From assembly GCA_963770565.1 (NCBI GenBank), contig CAVYQE010000006.1:1-64000 (forward strand): a stretch of 64,000 nucleotides of DNA, in the 5' to 3' direction. The position numbers were made by a program, and so were the translations under genes. Origin of the DNA: an uncultured Actinomycetota bacterium. GTDB lineage: Bacteria > Actinomycetota > Actinomycetes > JAFAQI01. Positions 54,761-64,000 of this stretch are shown in pieces. Each line of letters starts with the position of its first letter. The first letter of the stretch is position 1. The notes under the pieces are model-generated. The model made no database searches, was not told where the DNA came from, and saw only the letters and a program-made list of their open reading frames with translations.

Positions 54761-57700
54761 TCAGGGCACCCGGTAGTGGGTCGAGCGGTGGCTGCTGGCG
54801 GCCTTCTCCGCGCCGCCGTGGACGGCGATGGTGACCACGACCGCGGTAAAGGTCAGCCGCTTGTGCCGCCACTTCTTGTGCTTGGCAAGCTTGATCAGCC
54901 ACCTCGACGTCACCGACCGCTTGCCGGTCGACAGGACCACCCGGTGCGTGGTGAGCAGCTTGTGCCCGTTGTGCACGAACCACACCGCGATCGCCTGGCT
55001 GCCCGCGGGCAGCTTCGGCAGCTTCATCTTGAGTACGGCGTCGATTGCCTTCTTGCCCTTCTTCGACACGTGCAGCGTGGTGATCTTCGCGCCGTGCGGC
55101 TTCGCAGTCAGGTTGTGCAGCGTGATCGTCTTCGTGCCGACCTTGACCTTCACCGTCCCGCCGCTGTGGCCCCAGCTGATGCTGTCGACGTGTGCGCTTT
55201 GGTTCGCGCCGAGTGCAATCGGCTTGCCGGTGAAGGTCTGCGGAAGCCCGCCCTTCGTGTTGCCCGACAGCGTGATCGTGAAGGTCGTTGCGGCGCCGGT
55301 GTGCGAGAGGGTCACTGCGCCCTTGCCGGCGCCGAGGGTCAGCGCGTCGGCTGACCCAGGCTTCGCCACGGTCACGCTGACGTCGTGCTCGTCGTTCGTG
55401 GCAGTCCGGGCAACGTCAAGCGTGACCGGGTTGGTCGTCGTACCGGTATAGCCGACCGTCCCCGCCTTTGAGTTGAAGCTGCCGCCCTGCTTCGCGCCAC
55501 TTGACGTCGAGGTCTGAACCTCGCCGGCGTAGGCGCCTTGGACGTAGGTCAGCGTCGCGCCGCCGGTCTTCGAGCCGGTGGTCGAGACCTTCAGGCTGCG
55601 CACGTGCTTCCCGACGTCGATGAGCTGGCCGACGCTCGCGGTCGAGCCGCTGACAAAGGCGGGCATCGGCATCGCGGCGAGCCGCGTCGACGGGTTCGTG
55701 TTCAACCCGCCGCCGGACCCGTAGAGCGTGCGTCCGCCGGAGGAGACCTGGGTGATGGCCGCTGCCGACGACCTGCTGGCGCTTCCCGGCGCGGAGTTGC
55801 TGCTGAACAGCGACCCTGGCACTGCCGCGCCGCTGAAGGATCCGAGGTGCGGGACCTTCGGGATGATCTGCGGGTCGGTCACGACCAGCCCACCGGGGCC
55901 GCCGTGGAACGGGGTCGTGCCGTCCTTCTCCGGCGTGCTCGCGAGCGACCACTGACCGTTCGTCGTCAGGTGGATCACCGCGTTGTTGACCGCGCTGGCG
56001 TGCCCGCTGCCGTCGGTGTTCTCGCTCGGCTGGAACTGGTCGTTGCTGTCGTAGACGTAGACGTCGAAGGTGCCGGTGCCGGTCTGCACGATGTCGTACG
56101 CGATCACGACGTGGCCCTCGCCGTTGTCGTTCATCTCGATCAGCGGGAACCGCCCGGCGCTCAGGACCTTCTCGATCTCGCCGGCGAGCGCCGGCGTCAC
56201 CGTGGATGGGTCGGAGATCTGCAATGCCTGTGCCGTCGGCCCCCACTGCGTCAGGAACTCGTCGCTGAGTTGCATGAGGTGGTCGGCTTTGAGTAGGTCG
56301 AGCACCGGCTGCACTCCGTGGTTCGCCTGCGCATCGTGGTCGGTGTCGGGCGCTGGTTGGTCGAAGATCGATGGGAGGTTGCCCGGAAGGCTGTCGATCC
56401 CTTCGAGCAGTCGCTGCGTGCTGAGCGAGAAGCCGAAGCACGTGCCGCTCTCCATCGAGGCCTGCGCGATTCCGAGGAAGATGTAGGCGGTCGGGTCGGG
56501 AACCACGTCCACCGAGCAGTGCCCGAAGCCCAGGGTGAAGAACCCGCAGGGGTCGATGTGGATGTAGGTCTGGTCGGTGCCATAGGCCTGGACCAGGTCG
56601 TCGAAGATCAGGTTCGGGTCGAAGTTGTGGAACTGCCAGCCGTTGGTGTTGCGGTAGCTGTCGACGACGAGCGCCGTCCCGCTCGCCGCGCTCGTCACGC
56701 TGGGCGAGCCGGCCTCGACGGTCACCGAGCCGCTGGTGGCCAGCCGCGGTGTCTCGATCCGGATGTAGTCATACGGACCCTGACCGCTGGACTTGTGCTG
56801 GACGGTCGCGGAGACACCTGCGTGGTCGTTGCCGACAAAGACCGTCGCCGTGTCGCAGAATCCGTGGCCGTAGACCTCGATCGTCGTACCGGGTCCTTGG
56901 GACCGAGGGGTCATGGCGAGCTTGCCGGCAACCGGGCCGTGACCGCCCGCGTCGATCGCATCAACGGCAGTGATGTCCGGCGCCTCGCGCGTCACACTGA
57001 TGTTCACCGTTGCGCTGTCGCCGTTGATCAGGAGCGCGGTCACCTTCAAGGTGGTGTTGACGCCGCCGCCAGTGCTCGAGACGTGCACCGAGGTGTCGGC
57101 GAGCCCGCTGGAGATCGTGATCGGTGTGGTTGCGCTTGCGGTCAGCCCGGTGGTGACCGGGAGGAACGAGGTCGAGAACGCGACGGTCGATCCCGGCTCA
57201 CCCGGAGCGACCTGTGCCTCCACGGTGAACGTGTTGGACTCGCACGTCTGCGACGTGATGCCGGTCGGAGCGGCGAACGAGATCGGCGTGATCACGTCGA
57301 TGTGCACGGTATTGGATGGCTGCGAGTTCGTGTCCGTCGCCGACGCCGAGATCGTGAGTGGCACGTCGGTGAGCGGCGCCGTATGGTCGGCGCTCACCGT
57401 CAATGTGGACGAGTTGCCGGTGCCGGGGTCGGTCGCGGACCCGGTGACGTGTGCGGTGAAGCCCTCGACGTCGATGTCGACATCGCCGGTAGCGCCGTTG
57501 ATGCGGTGGATGGTGAGCGGGATCTGGATCGTACCGTCCTTCCCGACCTCGTAGCTGCCGGCGCTCGCGGAGACACCGACCGTCGGGACCGAGCCCGCCG
57601 GTACGGAGACCGAGAAGTCATCGATATCAAGCGGGACCGCGTCGAATGGCCCTCGCTGATACACGTCGAAGTAAGCAATGTCCTTACCCGCGGGGGCGGT

Positions 57701-58201
57701 GAAGCTCATCAGCTCGCTCGCGCCTGCGCTCGTCGTCGTCAAGGTCGAGTCGCCGAGATAGTCACGGTTCGCGTCGTAGGCGTCCAGCTCGAGCTGCTCG
57801 CCGGTGCCGCCCTGATCGCCGACGTACACCGACATCTCGTCCGCGGTGTAGTTGAGCAGGCCAAAGACGCCCGTTCCGCAGAACTCGGTCCCGCAATAGA
57901 TCAGGCCGCTGTTGGTGCCGTCATGTGCCCCGGACGCCGCGACCAGCGGGTTTCCGCTCGCGAGCACGACCACGCCGTCGCTCGGGTTCACCCCGAAGGT
58001 AAAGCCGTCGCCTGCGACGTGGAACGAGTCGAAGGTGACGAACGGGTATTGGTTGGTGATCTCGGTGCCCGCCGAGTAGGCCTCGAAGTCGGCCGTGAAC
58101 GTCGTGTCGGCCACCGCGTCGCTGATGTGCGCGACTTGAACCGCCGGGGTCAGTGCGACCATGAGCGCGGTGACTGTCAGCAGGGTCGAGTATCGGCGCA
58201 T
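54761..58201 (-). CDS. Large secreted multidomain protein (Ig-like repeats, possible papain-like domain)
   Basis: Signal peptide; Thr/Ser/Gly-rich beta domains; GTCFGFS...GHVVIAY...VYDSN pattern; basic C-terminus. Confidence 0.8.
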   Translation of the reverse strand: MRRYSTLLTVTALMVALTPAVQVAHISDAVADTTFTADFEAYSAGTEITNQYPFVTFDSFHVAGDGFTFGVNPSDGVVVLASGNPLVAASGAHDGTNSGLIYCGTEFCGTGVFGLLNYTADEMSVYVGDQGGTGEQLELDAYDANRDYLGDSTLTTTSAGASELMSFTAPAGKDIAYFDVYQRGPFDAVPLDIDDFSVSVPAGSVPTVGVSASAGSYEVGKDGTIQIPLTIHRINGATGDVDIDVEGFTAHVTGSATDPGTGNSSTLTVSADHTAPLTDVPLTISASATDTNSQPSNTVHIDVITPISFAAPTGITSQTCESNTFTVEAQVAPGEPGSTVAFSTSFLPVTTGLTASATTPITISSGLADTSVHVSSTGGGVNTTLKVTALLINGDSATVNISVTREAPDITAVDAIDAGGHGPVAGKLAMTPRSQGPGTTIEVYGHGFCDTATVFVGNDHAGVSATVQHKSSGQGPYDYIRIETPRLATSGSVTVEAGSPSVTSAASGTALVVDSYRNTNGWQFHNFDPNLIFDDLVQAYGTDQTYIHIDPCGFFTLGFGHCSVDVVPDPTAYIFLGIAQASMESGTCFGFSLSTQRLLEGIDSLPGNLPSIFDQPAPDTDHDAQANHGVQPVLDLLKADHLMQLSDEFLTQWGPTAQALQISDPSTVTPALAGEIEKVLSAGRFPLIEMNDNGEGHVVIAYDIVQTGTGTFDVYVYDSNDQFQPSENTDGSGHASAVNNAVIHLTTNGQWSLASTPEKDGTTPFHGGPGGLVVTDPQIIPKVPHLGSFSGAAVPGSLFSSNSAPGSASRSSAAAITQVSSGGRTLYGSGGGLNTNPSTRLAAMPMPAFVSGSTASVGQLIDVGKHVRSLKVSTTGSKTGGATLTYVQGAYAGEVQTSTSSGAKQGGSFNSKAGTVGYTGTTTNPVTLDVARTATNDEHDVSVTVAKPGSADALTLGAGKGAVTLSHTGAATTFTITLSGNTKGGLPQTFTGKPIALGANQSAHVDSISWGHSGGTVKVKVGTKTITLHNLTAKPHGAKITTLHVSKKGKKAIDAVLKMKLPKLPAGSQAIAVWFVHNGHKLLTTHRVVLSTGKRSVTSRWLIKLAKHKKWRHKRLTFTAVVVTIAVHGGAEKAASSHRSTHYRVP

Positions 58202-58366
58202 GGCACACCCCCAGCGTGCTCGCCGGGCTGCCCCACCCGGCAGGTGCTGGGGACGCTACTCGTTACCGATCGCTTCCGCACCTGCCTGTCGGGTGAACCC
58301 GGGCGGCGCCTGCGGCCCGGTTGCTCCGGCGTATCGTCGACGGCGACTGGAAAGGGCTCAGATCAG

Positions 58367-59113
58367 GTGGCTGATGGCGCTCGACTGAAGGTGGAGCCGA
58401 CGGCGAAGCGGATTCGCGGCTTCGTCGGGGGTCAGCTCGCGTTCGACACGACATCGGCGCTGATGGTCTGGGAGAGCCGCTCCTACCCGGCGTACTACCT
58501 GCCGCTGAAGGACATCGTCGGCGAGCTCCGACCGAACGGCGAGAGCCGGCACTCCCCGAGCCGGGGCGAGGCCGAGATCCTCGACCTGCATCTCGGTGCG
58601 GCCGTGCGACCCGCCGCCGGATGGCGCTATCCCGACTCGCCGATCGAGGCCATTCGCGAGCATGTCCGGTTCGAGTGGTCGGCGTTGGACGAGTGGCTCG
58701 AGGAGGACGAGCCGGTTTACACCCACCCGCGCGATCCCTACACGCGGGTCGACATCCTCCAGTCGTCGCGACACGTGCGGGTCGTGGTCGACGGGGTCGA
58801 TGTCGCGGACAGCCGGGCTCCGCACATCCTGTTCGAGACCGGTCTGCCGCCTCGCTACTACCTGCCGATGTCGGACCTGCGCCTCGACCTGCTGACGCCG
58901 ACCGACTCCGAGAGCCACTGCCCGTACAAGGGTGTCGCGACGTACTGGAGTCTCACCGTCAACGACAAGAGGTACGACGACTTCGTCTGGTGTTACCGGA
59001 CGCCGCTTCCCGAGTCGCAGAAGATCGCCGGCCTGCTCTGCTTCTACAACGAGAAGGTGGAGCTCTGGGTCGATGGTGTGCGCCAGGAGCAGCCGCATAC
59101 GAAGTTCTCCTGA
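58367..59113 (+). CDS. DUF427 (tandem-domain) protein
   Basis: HPRDPYTRVDIL, LFETGLPPRYY, HCPYKGVATYW; GTG 58367. Confidence 0.9.
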   Translation: MADGARLKVEPTAKRIRGFVGGQLAFDTTSALMVWESRSYPAYYLPLKDIVGELRPNGESRHSPSRGEAEILDLHLGAAVRPAAGWRYPDSPIEAIREHVRFEWSALDEWLEEDEPVYTHPRDPYTRVDILQSSRHVRVVVDGVDVADSRAPHILFETGLPPRYYLPMSDLRLDLLTPTDSESHCPYKGVATYWSLTVNDKRYDDFVWCYRTPLPESQKIAGLLCFYNEKVELWVDGVRQEQPHTKFS

Positions 59114-59260
59114 ACCGCAAGCAGCGCCGCGTGGGCGGTGGCGTCAGGGAGCCGCCGGTTTTCCCGGGTGAGCCGTCACGAACGCGTCAGATTCGTTGCT
59201 GACCGTGGGTCGGCAGCGTTCACTGGTTCCGGTGGTGTTCATTGCCTCCGGGAGACGAAT

Positions 59261-59788
59261 ATGGTGCAAACAAAGGAAGACCGAGCCAGCCGCGTGGTCG
59301 TCGGTGTGCATGGCTCGTTGACCAGCTTGGCCGCTCTGCGGTCGGCGCTGGAGATTGCCCGGGACCGCGATGCCGTGCTGGTCCCAGTACTGACGTGGGC
59401 GCCGGTCGGCGGTGAGATGGCGTATCGCCGAGCACCATGCGGTCAGTTACTTCACGTGTGGCGGGCCAAGGCCCAGGAACGACTGGACACCGCGTTCGAC
59501 GAAGCGCTCGGTGGCTATCCGAGCGATGTCGAGGTCTTCCGGCAGGTTGCCCGCGCCACCGCCGGGCCGGCGCTCGTCGAGCTCGCCGAAGAGCCCGGCG
59601 ACGTACTGGTCGTCGGTGCCGGGCGGCACCGGGTCTTGGGCCGGCGGCTGCCGGGTCCGACCACCCGCTATTGCATCGCGCATGCCGCCTGCCCGGTCCT
59701 ACTGGTGCCCCCGCCCGAGCTGCTGCAGCACTCCGAGGGCCACCTGCGGCACTGGGGCAAGACGCTGACCGCCGGTAGCCCGAACTAG
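59261..59788 (+). CDS. Universal stress protein
   Basis: RVVVGVHGS..S.AAL...LVVGAG...HAACPVLLVP; ATG after GGAGA. Confidence 0.88.
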   Translation: MVQTKEDRASRVVVGVHGSLTSLAALRSALEIARDRDAVLVPVLTWAPVGGEMAYRRAPCGQLLHVWRAKAQERLDTAFDEALGGYPSDVEVFRQVARATAGPALVELAEEPGDVLVVGAGRHRVLGRRLPGPTTRYCIAHAACPVLLVPPPELLQHSEGHLRHWGKTLTAGSPN

Positions 59789-59904
59789 CGGTGGCCTGTC
59801 CGTCGGGTGACGGATCGCGTTGAGCACGAGTTGCGGGTCCGCTTCTGACGTCAGTGGGGCGTTGGCTCGTCGATCGCAGCTTGCGCCCGCTAGCAATGTC
59901 CTGA

Positions 59905-59929
59905 TACTTTCATAACCATAATGAAAGTA
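59905..59929. promoter_or_regulatory. Putative MarR operator
   Basis: Perfect inverted repeat TACTTTCAT-N7-ATGAAAGTA over the MFS start. Confidence 0.6.
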
Positions 59930-61414
59930 GAAACGACTGCGCGATCCGGGCTGCCGCCTGACGTCGCGATCCACGAGCTCGGCCGTGGCCGGCGGATCGG
60001 CATCTTGCTGATCTGCTGTATGAGCCTGCTGATCGTCGGGCTCGACGTGACGATCGTGAACGTCGCGCTCCCGTCGATCGGCCGGGAGCTGCACGGCAGC
60101 ATTTCCGGCCTGCAGTGGACGCTCGACGCGTACACGCTCGTGCTGGCCAGCCTGTTGATGCTGTCGGGCTCGACCGCCGACCGGTTGGGTCGCAAGCGCA
60201 CCTTCGTGATCGGGCTGATCGTGTTCTCACTGGGTTCGCTGCTGTGCAGCCTCGCACCGAGCCTGGTCTTCCTCGTTGTGTTCCGGATGGTCCAGGCGAT
60301 CGGCGGGTCGATGCTCAACCCGGTCGCGATGTCGATCATCACCAACACGTTCACCGACCCACGCGAGCGCGCTCAGGCGGTCGGCGTCTGGGGCTCCGTG
60401 GTCGGCATCTCGATGGCGCTCGGCCCGGTCGTGGGCGGCCTGCTCGTGAGCTCGGCCGGCTGGCGGTCGATCTTCTGGATCAACCTCCCGGTCGGTCTGG
60501 TCGCGATCGTGCTGGCGTTGCGCTACATCCCGGAGTCGCGCGCACCGCGACCGCGCCGGTTCGACCCGGCCGGTCAGGCGCTGATGGGCGTGCTGCTCGC
60601 CACGCTGACCTACGCGATCATCGAGGCGCCGCGGCGCGGCTGGACCTCGCCGCTCATCCTCGCGGCGCTCGCCATCGCAGCCGCTGCGTTGGTCGGCTTC
60701 CTGATCGCGGAGTCCCGTTGCGAAGAGCCGTTGATCAACCTGCGGTTCTTCCGGTCGGTGCCGTTCGTGTGCGCGACGCTCACCGCGGTGACGTCATTCG
60801 CCGCGCTCGGCGGCTTCCTGCTGGTCAACACCTTGTATCTCCAGGACGTGCGCGGTCTGTCCCCGCTCGACGCCGGACTCGACACGCTGCCGCTGGCGCT
60901 GGTGATCATGGTCGCGTCCCCGATCTCCGGGCGGCTGGTCGGCAGCCGTGGGCCTCGCTTGCCGCTGATGGCGTCCGGTCTCGGCATCCTGGTCGCCTGC
61001 GCGATGCTTGCGACGATCACGCCGACCACGTCGTTCGTGACGCTGTTCACGGCGTACGTCGTACTCGGGCTCGGGTTCGGTTCGGTCAATGCGCCGATCA
61101 CAACGGCCGCGGTCTCGGGGATGCCGCGGGCGCAGGCGGGTGTCGCGTCCGCGATCGCATCGACGTCGCGGCAGGTCGGCCTGACGCTCGGCGTCGCGGT
61201 CGTCGGGTCGCTGGTGACGTCCCGGCTCGGGCCGTCGACCCATGCCAACCTCGCGACCGCGAGCCACGTCGGGTGGTGGGTGTTGGCAGGGTGTGGTGCC
61301 GCGGTCATCGGCCTTGGCGAGCTGTCGGCATCACGGCGGGCACTGGAGTCGGCTCGCCGTACCGCGGTGGAGCTCAATCCGGAGGCACTCGGCGCGGACG
61401 GACTCACCCGATGA
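59921..61414 (+). CDS. MFS transporter, DHA2 (14-TM) family
   Basis: LDVTIVNVALPSI, ADRLGRKR, WRSIFWINLPVG. Confidence 0.93.
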   Translation: MKVETTARSGLPPDVAIHELGRGRRIGILLICCMSLLIVGLDVTIVNVALPSIGRELHGSISGLQWTLDAYTLVLASLLMLSGSTADRLGRKRTFVIGLIVFSLGSLLCSLAPSLVFLVVFRMVQAIGGSMLNPVAMSIITNTFTDPRERAQAVGVWGSVVGISMALGPVVGGLLVSSAGWRSIFWINLPVGLVAIVLALRYIPESRAPRPRRFDPAGQALMGVLLATLTYAIIEAPRRGWTSPLILAALAIAAAALVGFLIAESRCEEPLINLRFFRSVPFVCATLTAVTSFAALGGFLLVNTLYLQDVRGLSPLDAGLDTLPLALVIMVASPISGRLVGSRGPRLPLMASGLGILVACAMLATITPTTSFVTLFTAYVVLGLGFGSVNAPITTAAVSGMPRAQAGVASAIASTSRQVGLTLGVAVVGSLVTSRLGPSTHANLATASHVGWWVLAGCGAAVIGLGELSASRRALESARRTAVELNPEALGADGLTR

Positions 61415-61857
61415 CCGGCTCACCCGCCGACCCGGCCCGCGGATCGGTCGATGCGCGCGAAGTGTGGGCGATGCTGTGCGAGCTCGTGCTCGACAACGTG
61501 CGTCGCCGCGAGGTGGCGGAGACGCTGGGCCTGAGCTTCAGCCGGATCCGGGCGATCCGGCGGATCGCACGTCAACCGATGTCGATGGGTGAGCTCGCCC
61601 GTGCCCTCGATATCGATCCGCCGAACGCGACCACGATGGTCGACGAGCTCGAGGCGCTCGGGCTGGCCAAGCGGCGGCCGCATCCCACCGACCGGCGGGC
61701 GAAGGTCGTGGAGGCGACCCGCAAAGGTGCGCAGCTCGCGCGTCGCGCCGACGAGATCCTCAGTACGCCGCCGGCGGCGATCAACGACCTCGATCCGAAA
61801 GACATCGACGAACTGCGCCGGATCCTCGGCAGCGTTTCCGTCGCTCGCCGGTCCTGA
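61411..61857 (+). CDS. MarR family transcriptional regulator
   Basis: MSMGELA...T.MVDELE..GL..R.PHPTDRRAK; coupled to the MFS stop. Confidence 0.9.
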   Translation: MTGSPADPARGSVDAREVWAMLCELVLDNVRRREVAETLGLSFSRIRAIRRIARQPMSMGELARALDIDPPNATTMVDELEALGLAKRRPHPTDRRAKVVEATRKGAQLARRADEILSTPPAAINDLDPKDIDELRRILGSVSVARRS

Positions 61858-61927
61858 TCGTTTGAGCCGTCGAAGCCCTTTCGCTGTGCGACGATCCGGT
61901 TGGCCCATGCGGCGGGGGAGGTGGTCG

Positions 61928-62509
61928 ATGAACGCACGAAGGAGATCCGCCGCGCTGGCCCTCGCCGCCATCGCGTGTGTGGCCGCACTCTCAGGTTGTG
62001 GTGCTGGCGGGCCCACCGGTCACCCGGTGGCGTCCACCCGGCCGACCCCCAGCGAGGACCCGGCGTCCCGAAACGCGGTCGACGCGGTGTTCTCGATCAC
62101 AGATACCGCGATCCGCACGATCGCCCACATCAAGAAGCCGCAGTTGCTCGACAGCCAGTTCAACGCGATGACACAAGCGGGCGGCGAGATGCTGTCCGCA
62201 GCCTTCGGGATCACGCCGCCGCCCACCGGGGTGCCGTCGCCTGTTGCGCGCACGGTGTACCAGCGGATGCTCACGTTCGGTCGCGCGCTCCAGCACGGGG
62301 CAGCCTGCTTGTCGAGGCGGTACCGCCCGAAGCACGCGAACTATCGCCCCTGCTTCGCTCCGTTCGACAAGGGCGGCCGCTCGTTTGACGATCTCGTCCT
62401 TCTGGTCAAGGCCGTGATCTCGCTCGAACCGTACGGGTCACCGTCGGCGGGTGCGCAGTTCAGGCAGTTGTTCGAGAGCTCCCTTCCGAAGACCGCATTG
62501 TCGGCGTAG
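61928..62509 (+). CDS. Putative lipoprotein
   Basis: Signal peptide with LSGC lipobox; ATG after GGAGG. Confidence 0.7.
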   Translation: MNARRRSAALALAAIACVAALSGCGAGGPTGHPVASTRPTPSEDPASRNAVDAVFSITDTAIRTIAHIKKPQLLDSQFNAMTQAGGEMLSAAFGITPPPTGVPSPVARTVYQRMLTFGRALQHGAACLSRRYRPKHANYRPCFAPFDKGGRSFDDLVLLVKAVISLEPYGSPSAGAQFRQLFESSLPKTALSA

Positions 62510-62539
62510 CCGACGCGGCCCGTGCCGAGGGCTCGACGG

Positions 62540-64000
62540 CTAGTGCTTCTTGTGGTGCTTCTTCGGTGGCTTGAGCTCGTAGGCTCCGATGTCGCACCTC
62601 GGGCCCTGCGGGCGGTGCACGCCGCGCTGGTCGGTCTTGATCGGGCAGGCCGACACCGGTACGGCGTTGACCGCCGGGCTGGTCTTCTTCAACGCCAGGG
62701 TTTCGGTCGGGCCGCCGTTGGCATGCAGGGCCTCGAGCTCGGGGCTCACGCCGATCTTGTCGGTCCCCTTCTTGGCGTAGGCGCAGCCGGTCTTCGTACC
62801 GAGCAGGTCGTAGCCGGTGGAGAGGACCGTCCCGAAGCAGTCACGCCCCTCCGACGCGATCGGTGTGCTGTTGTCGGCCAGGATGGTCGCGGTCACGTGC
62901 ACGGCGCCTGTACTGACGTAGAGGCCGCCGCCGGCGATCGCCGCGGTGCCCCCACCGCCCACCGTGTTGCGCGCCAGCGTCGAGTCCGTGACCTTCAGCG
63001 GTATTCCATCGTCGAAGACCCCGCCGCCGTCGATGACCGAGCCGGAGGCCCCGCTGGTCTTCGCAGCGAGCGTGTTGCCGGTGATCGTGGAGTCGGAGAC
63101 CTGATCGGTCGGAGTGGTTGTCGATCCACCACTCGGGTTGAGATCGAGGGCGCCGCCCGAGAGCTGCGCTGACGACACCTTCCCAAAATTCGCGACGTTG
63201 TCGGAGATCGTCGTGTGGGTGATGGTCGTGCTGGCCTCGCTGTAGATGGCACCGCCGTCCATCTCGGCGTCGGTCGTTGACCCGGTGCTCCGCACCGATG
63301 TCCCGGCGACGCTGTCGTGATCCAGGGTCAGCGTGAACGTGCCGGTGGCGCCGGCCTGATCGAACACCGCGCCCCCTTGCCAGTTCTCGTTCGGGGCCTT
63401 GATGGTCAGCGTCGTACCGATGATCGGCGTGTGGCTGATCGTCACCTTGCCGAAGGCATCGACGGCTCCACCCGTGCCGACGATGAGATCCGCGGATGCC
63501 CCCCGTGCGCGCGAACCGGCGATGCGCGAGTCCACGATCGTGCCTGACTTTGTGGCGTTCATCGACAGCGCGGCGGAGTCCAGGTCCACCTCGGTGCCCG
63601 GGCCGGTCGCATGCCCGAGGAGCTCATCGTTGTCGAACGTGGAGTCGGTGACACTGACCCGGGCTCCGAGGAGGAGGGCCCCACCGCTGTCGGCCTCGCT
63701 TGCGTCGCCCCCGGCCTCGTCGCTGCCGGCGACATTGCGGTCGAAGTGCGACCCCTCGACCGTGGCGGAGCCGCTCACGCTGATGTAGTCGAGACCGCCG
63801 GCCTTGCTGGTCGAGAAGGCGCTGCCTCCACTGCTTCCCGCGTGGTTGGCGTCCACGGTTGTTGCCTGCACGATCAGTTCGCTGCCGTCCGCGTAGATCC
63901 CGCCACCGAGGGAAGCAGCATCCAACCCGCTTTCCGCGTCAGCCTGATTCGCGGTAACGGTCGAGTGAATGACCTCCAGCCGCCCGGAGGTCCACATGCC
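62540..64000 (-). CDS. Secreted beta-helix repeat protein with choice-of-anchor Q-like C-terminus (5' truncated)
   Basis: GGAI/GGGxY and STIxxN repeats; NGGPTETLAL..SPAVN...DQRG..RPQGPRCDIGAYE; frame open to the window end. Confidence 0.85.
   Translation of the reverse strand, partial: GMWTSGRLEVIHSTVTANQADAESGLDAASLGGGIYADGSELIVQATTVDANHAGSSGGSAFSTSKAGGLDYISVSGSATVEGSHFDRNVAGSDEAGGDASEADSGGALLLGARVSVTDSTFDNDELLGHATGPGTEVDLDSAALSMNATKSGTIVDSRIAGSRARGASADLIVGTGGAVDAFGKVTISHTPIIGTTLTIKAPNENWQGGAVFDQAGATGTFTLTLDHDSVAGTSVRSTGSTTDAEMDGGAIYSEASTTITHTTISDNVANFGKVSSAQLSGGALDLNPSGGSTTTPTDQVSDSTITGNTLAAKTSGASGSVIDGGGVFDDGIPLKVTDSTLARNTVGGGGTAAIAGGGLYVSTGAVHVTATILADNSTPIASEGRDCFGTVLSTGYDLLGTKTGCAYAKKGTDKIGVSPELEALHANGGPTETLALKKTSPAVNAVPVSACPIKTDQRGVHRPQGPRCDIGAYELKPPKKHHKKH

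Noticed and set aside
56318-59113. 931-aa DUF427 fusion
   Set aside because: The N-terminal part is antisense to the large secreted protein; the DUF427 gene starts near 58367.
59893-59900. Family B half-sites (GCAATGTC here, GACATTGC at 43801)
   Set aside because: Isolated 8-mers without partner units at 31-bp spacing; may be chance.

Overview
High-GC actinobacterial DNA (dnaK-grpE-dnaJ-hspR with HAIR operators, bldC, DUF3073, DUF3151, lat). (1) 1-7960 is the end of an island that abuts the 3' end of tRNA-Gly(CCC). It is packed with small stand-alone genes (DinB, GNAT, three VOC, sulfotransferase, MDMPI, UPF0158, two paralogous membrane microproteins). The 11-mer TAAGTGATGCC recurs at three gene junctions. 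One copy is occupied by an intact IS110-family (IS1111-type) element whose downstream non-coding RNA carries readable guides for that motif. (2) 8087-49195 is mostly core genome: chaperone operon plus clpB, pyrE, fbaA, the pur cluster, an amino acid dehydrogenase, bldC, alaA, a GGDEF-EAL protein and a lysine-catabolic operon. It is punctuated by three families of short structured repeats. One family is a 61-bp palindrome; two copies flank an AbiEi/DUF559 nuclease gene and one stands alone. The other two families have a ~31-bp period. (3) 49430-64000 is accessory: ABC exporter, large secreted proteins, USP, MFS/MarR. The best candidates for undescribed systems are the cassette-like array with its RNA-guided IS110 and the palindrome-flanked DUF559 unit. 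Three single-base frameshifts (DinB, purL, ALDH) are probably assembly errors. All calls come from reading the sequence by eye; no searches were run.
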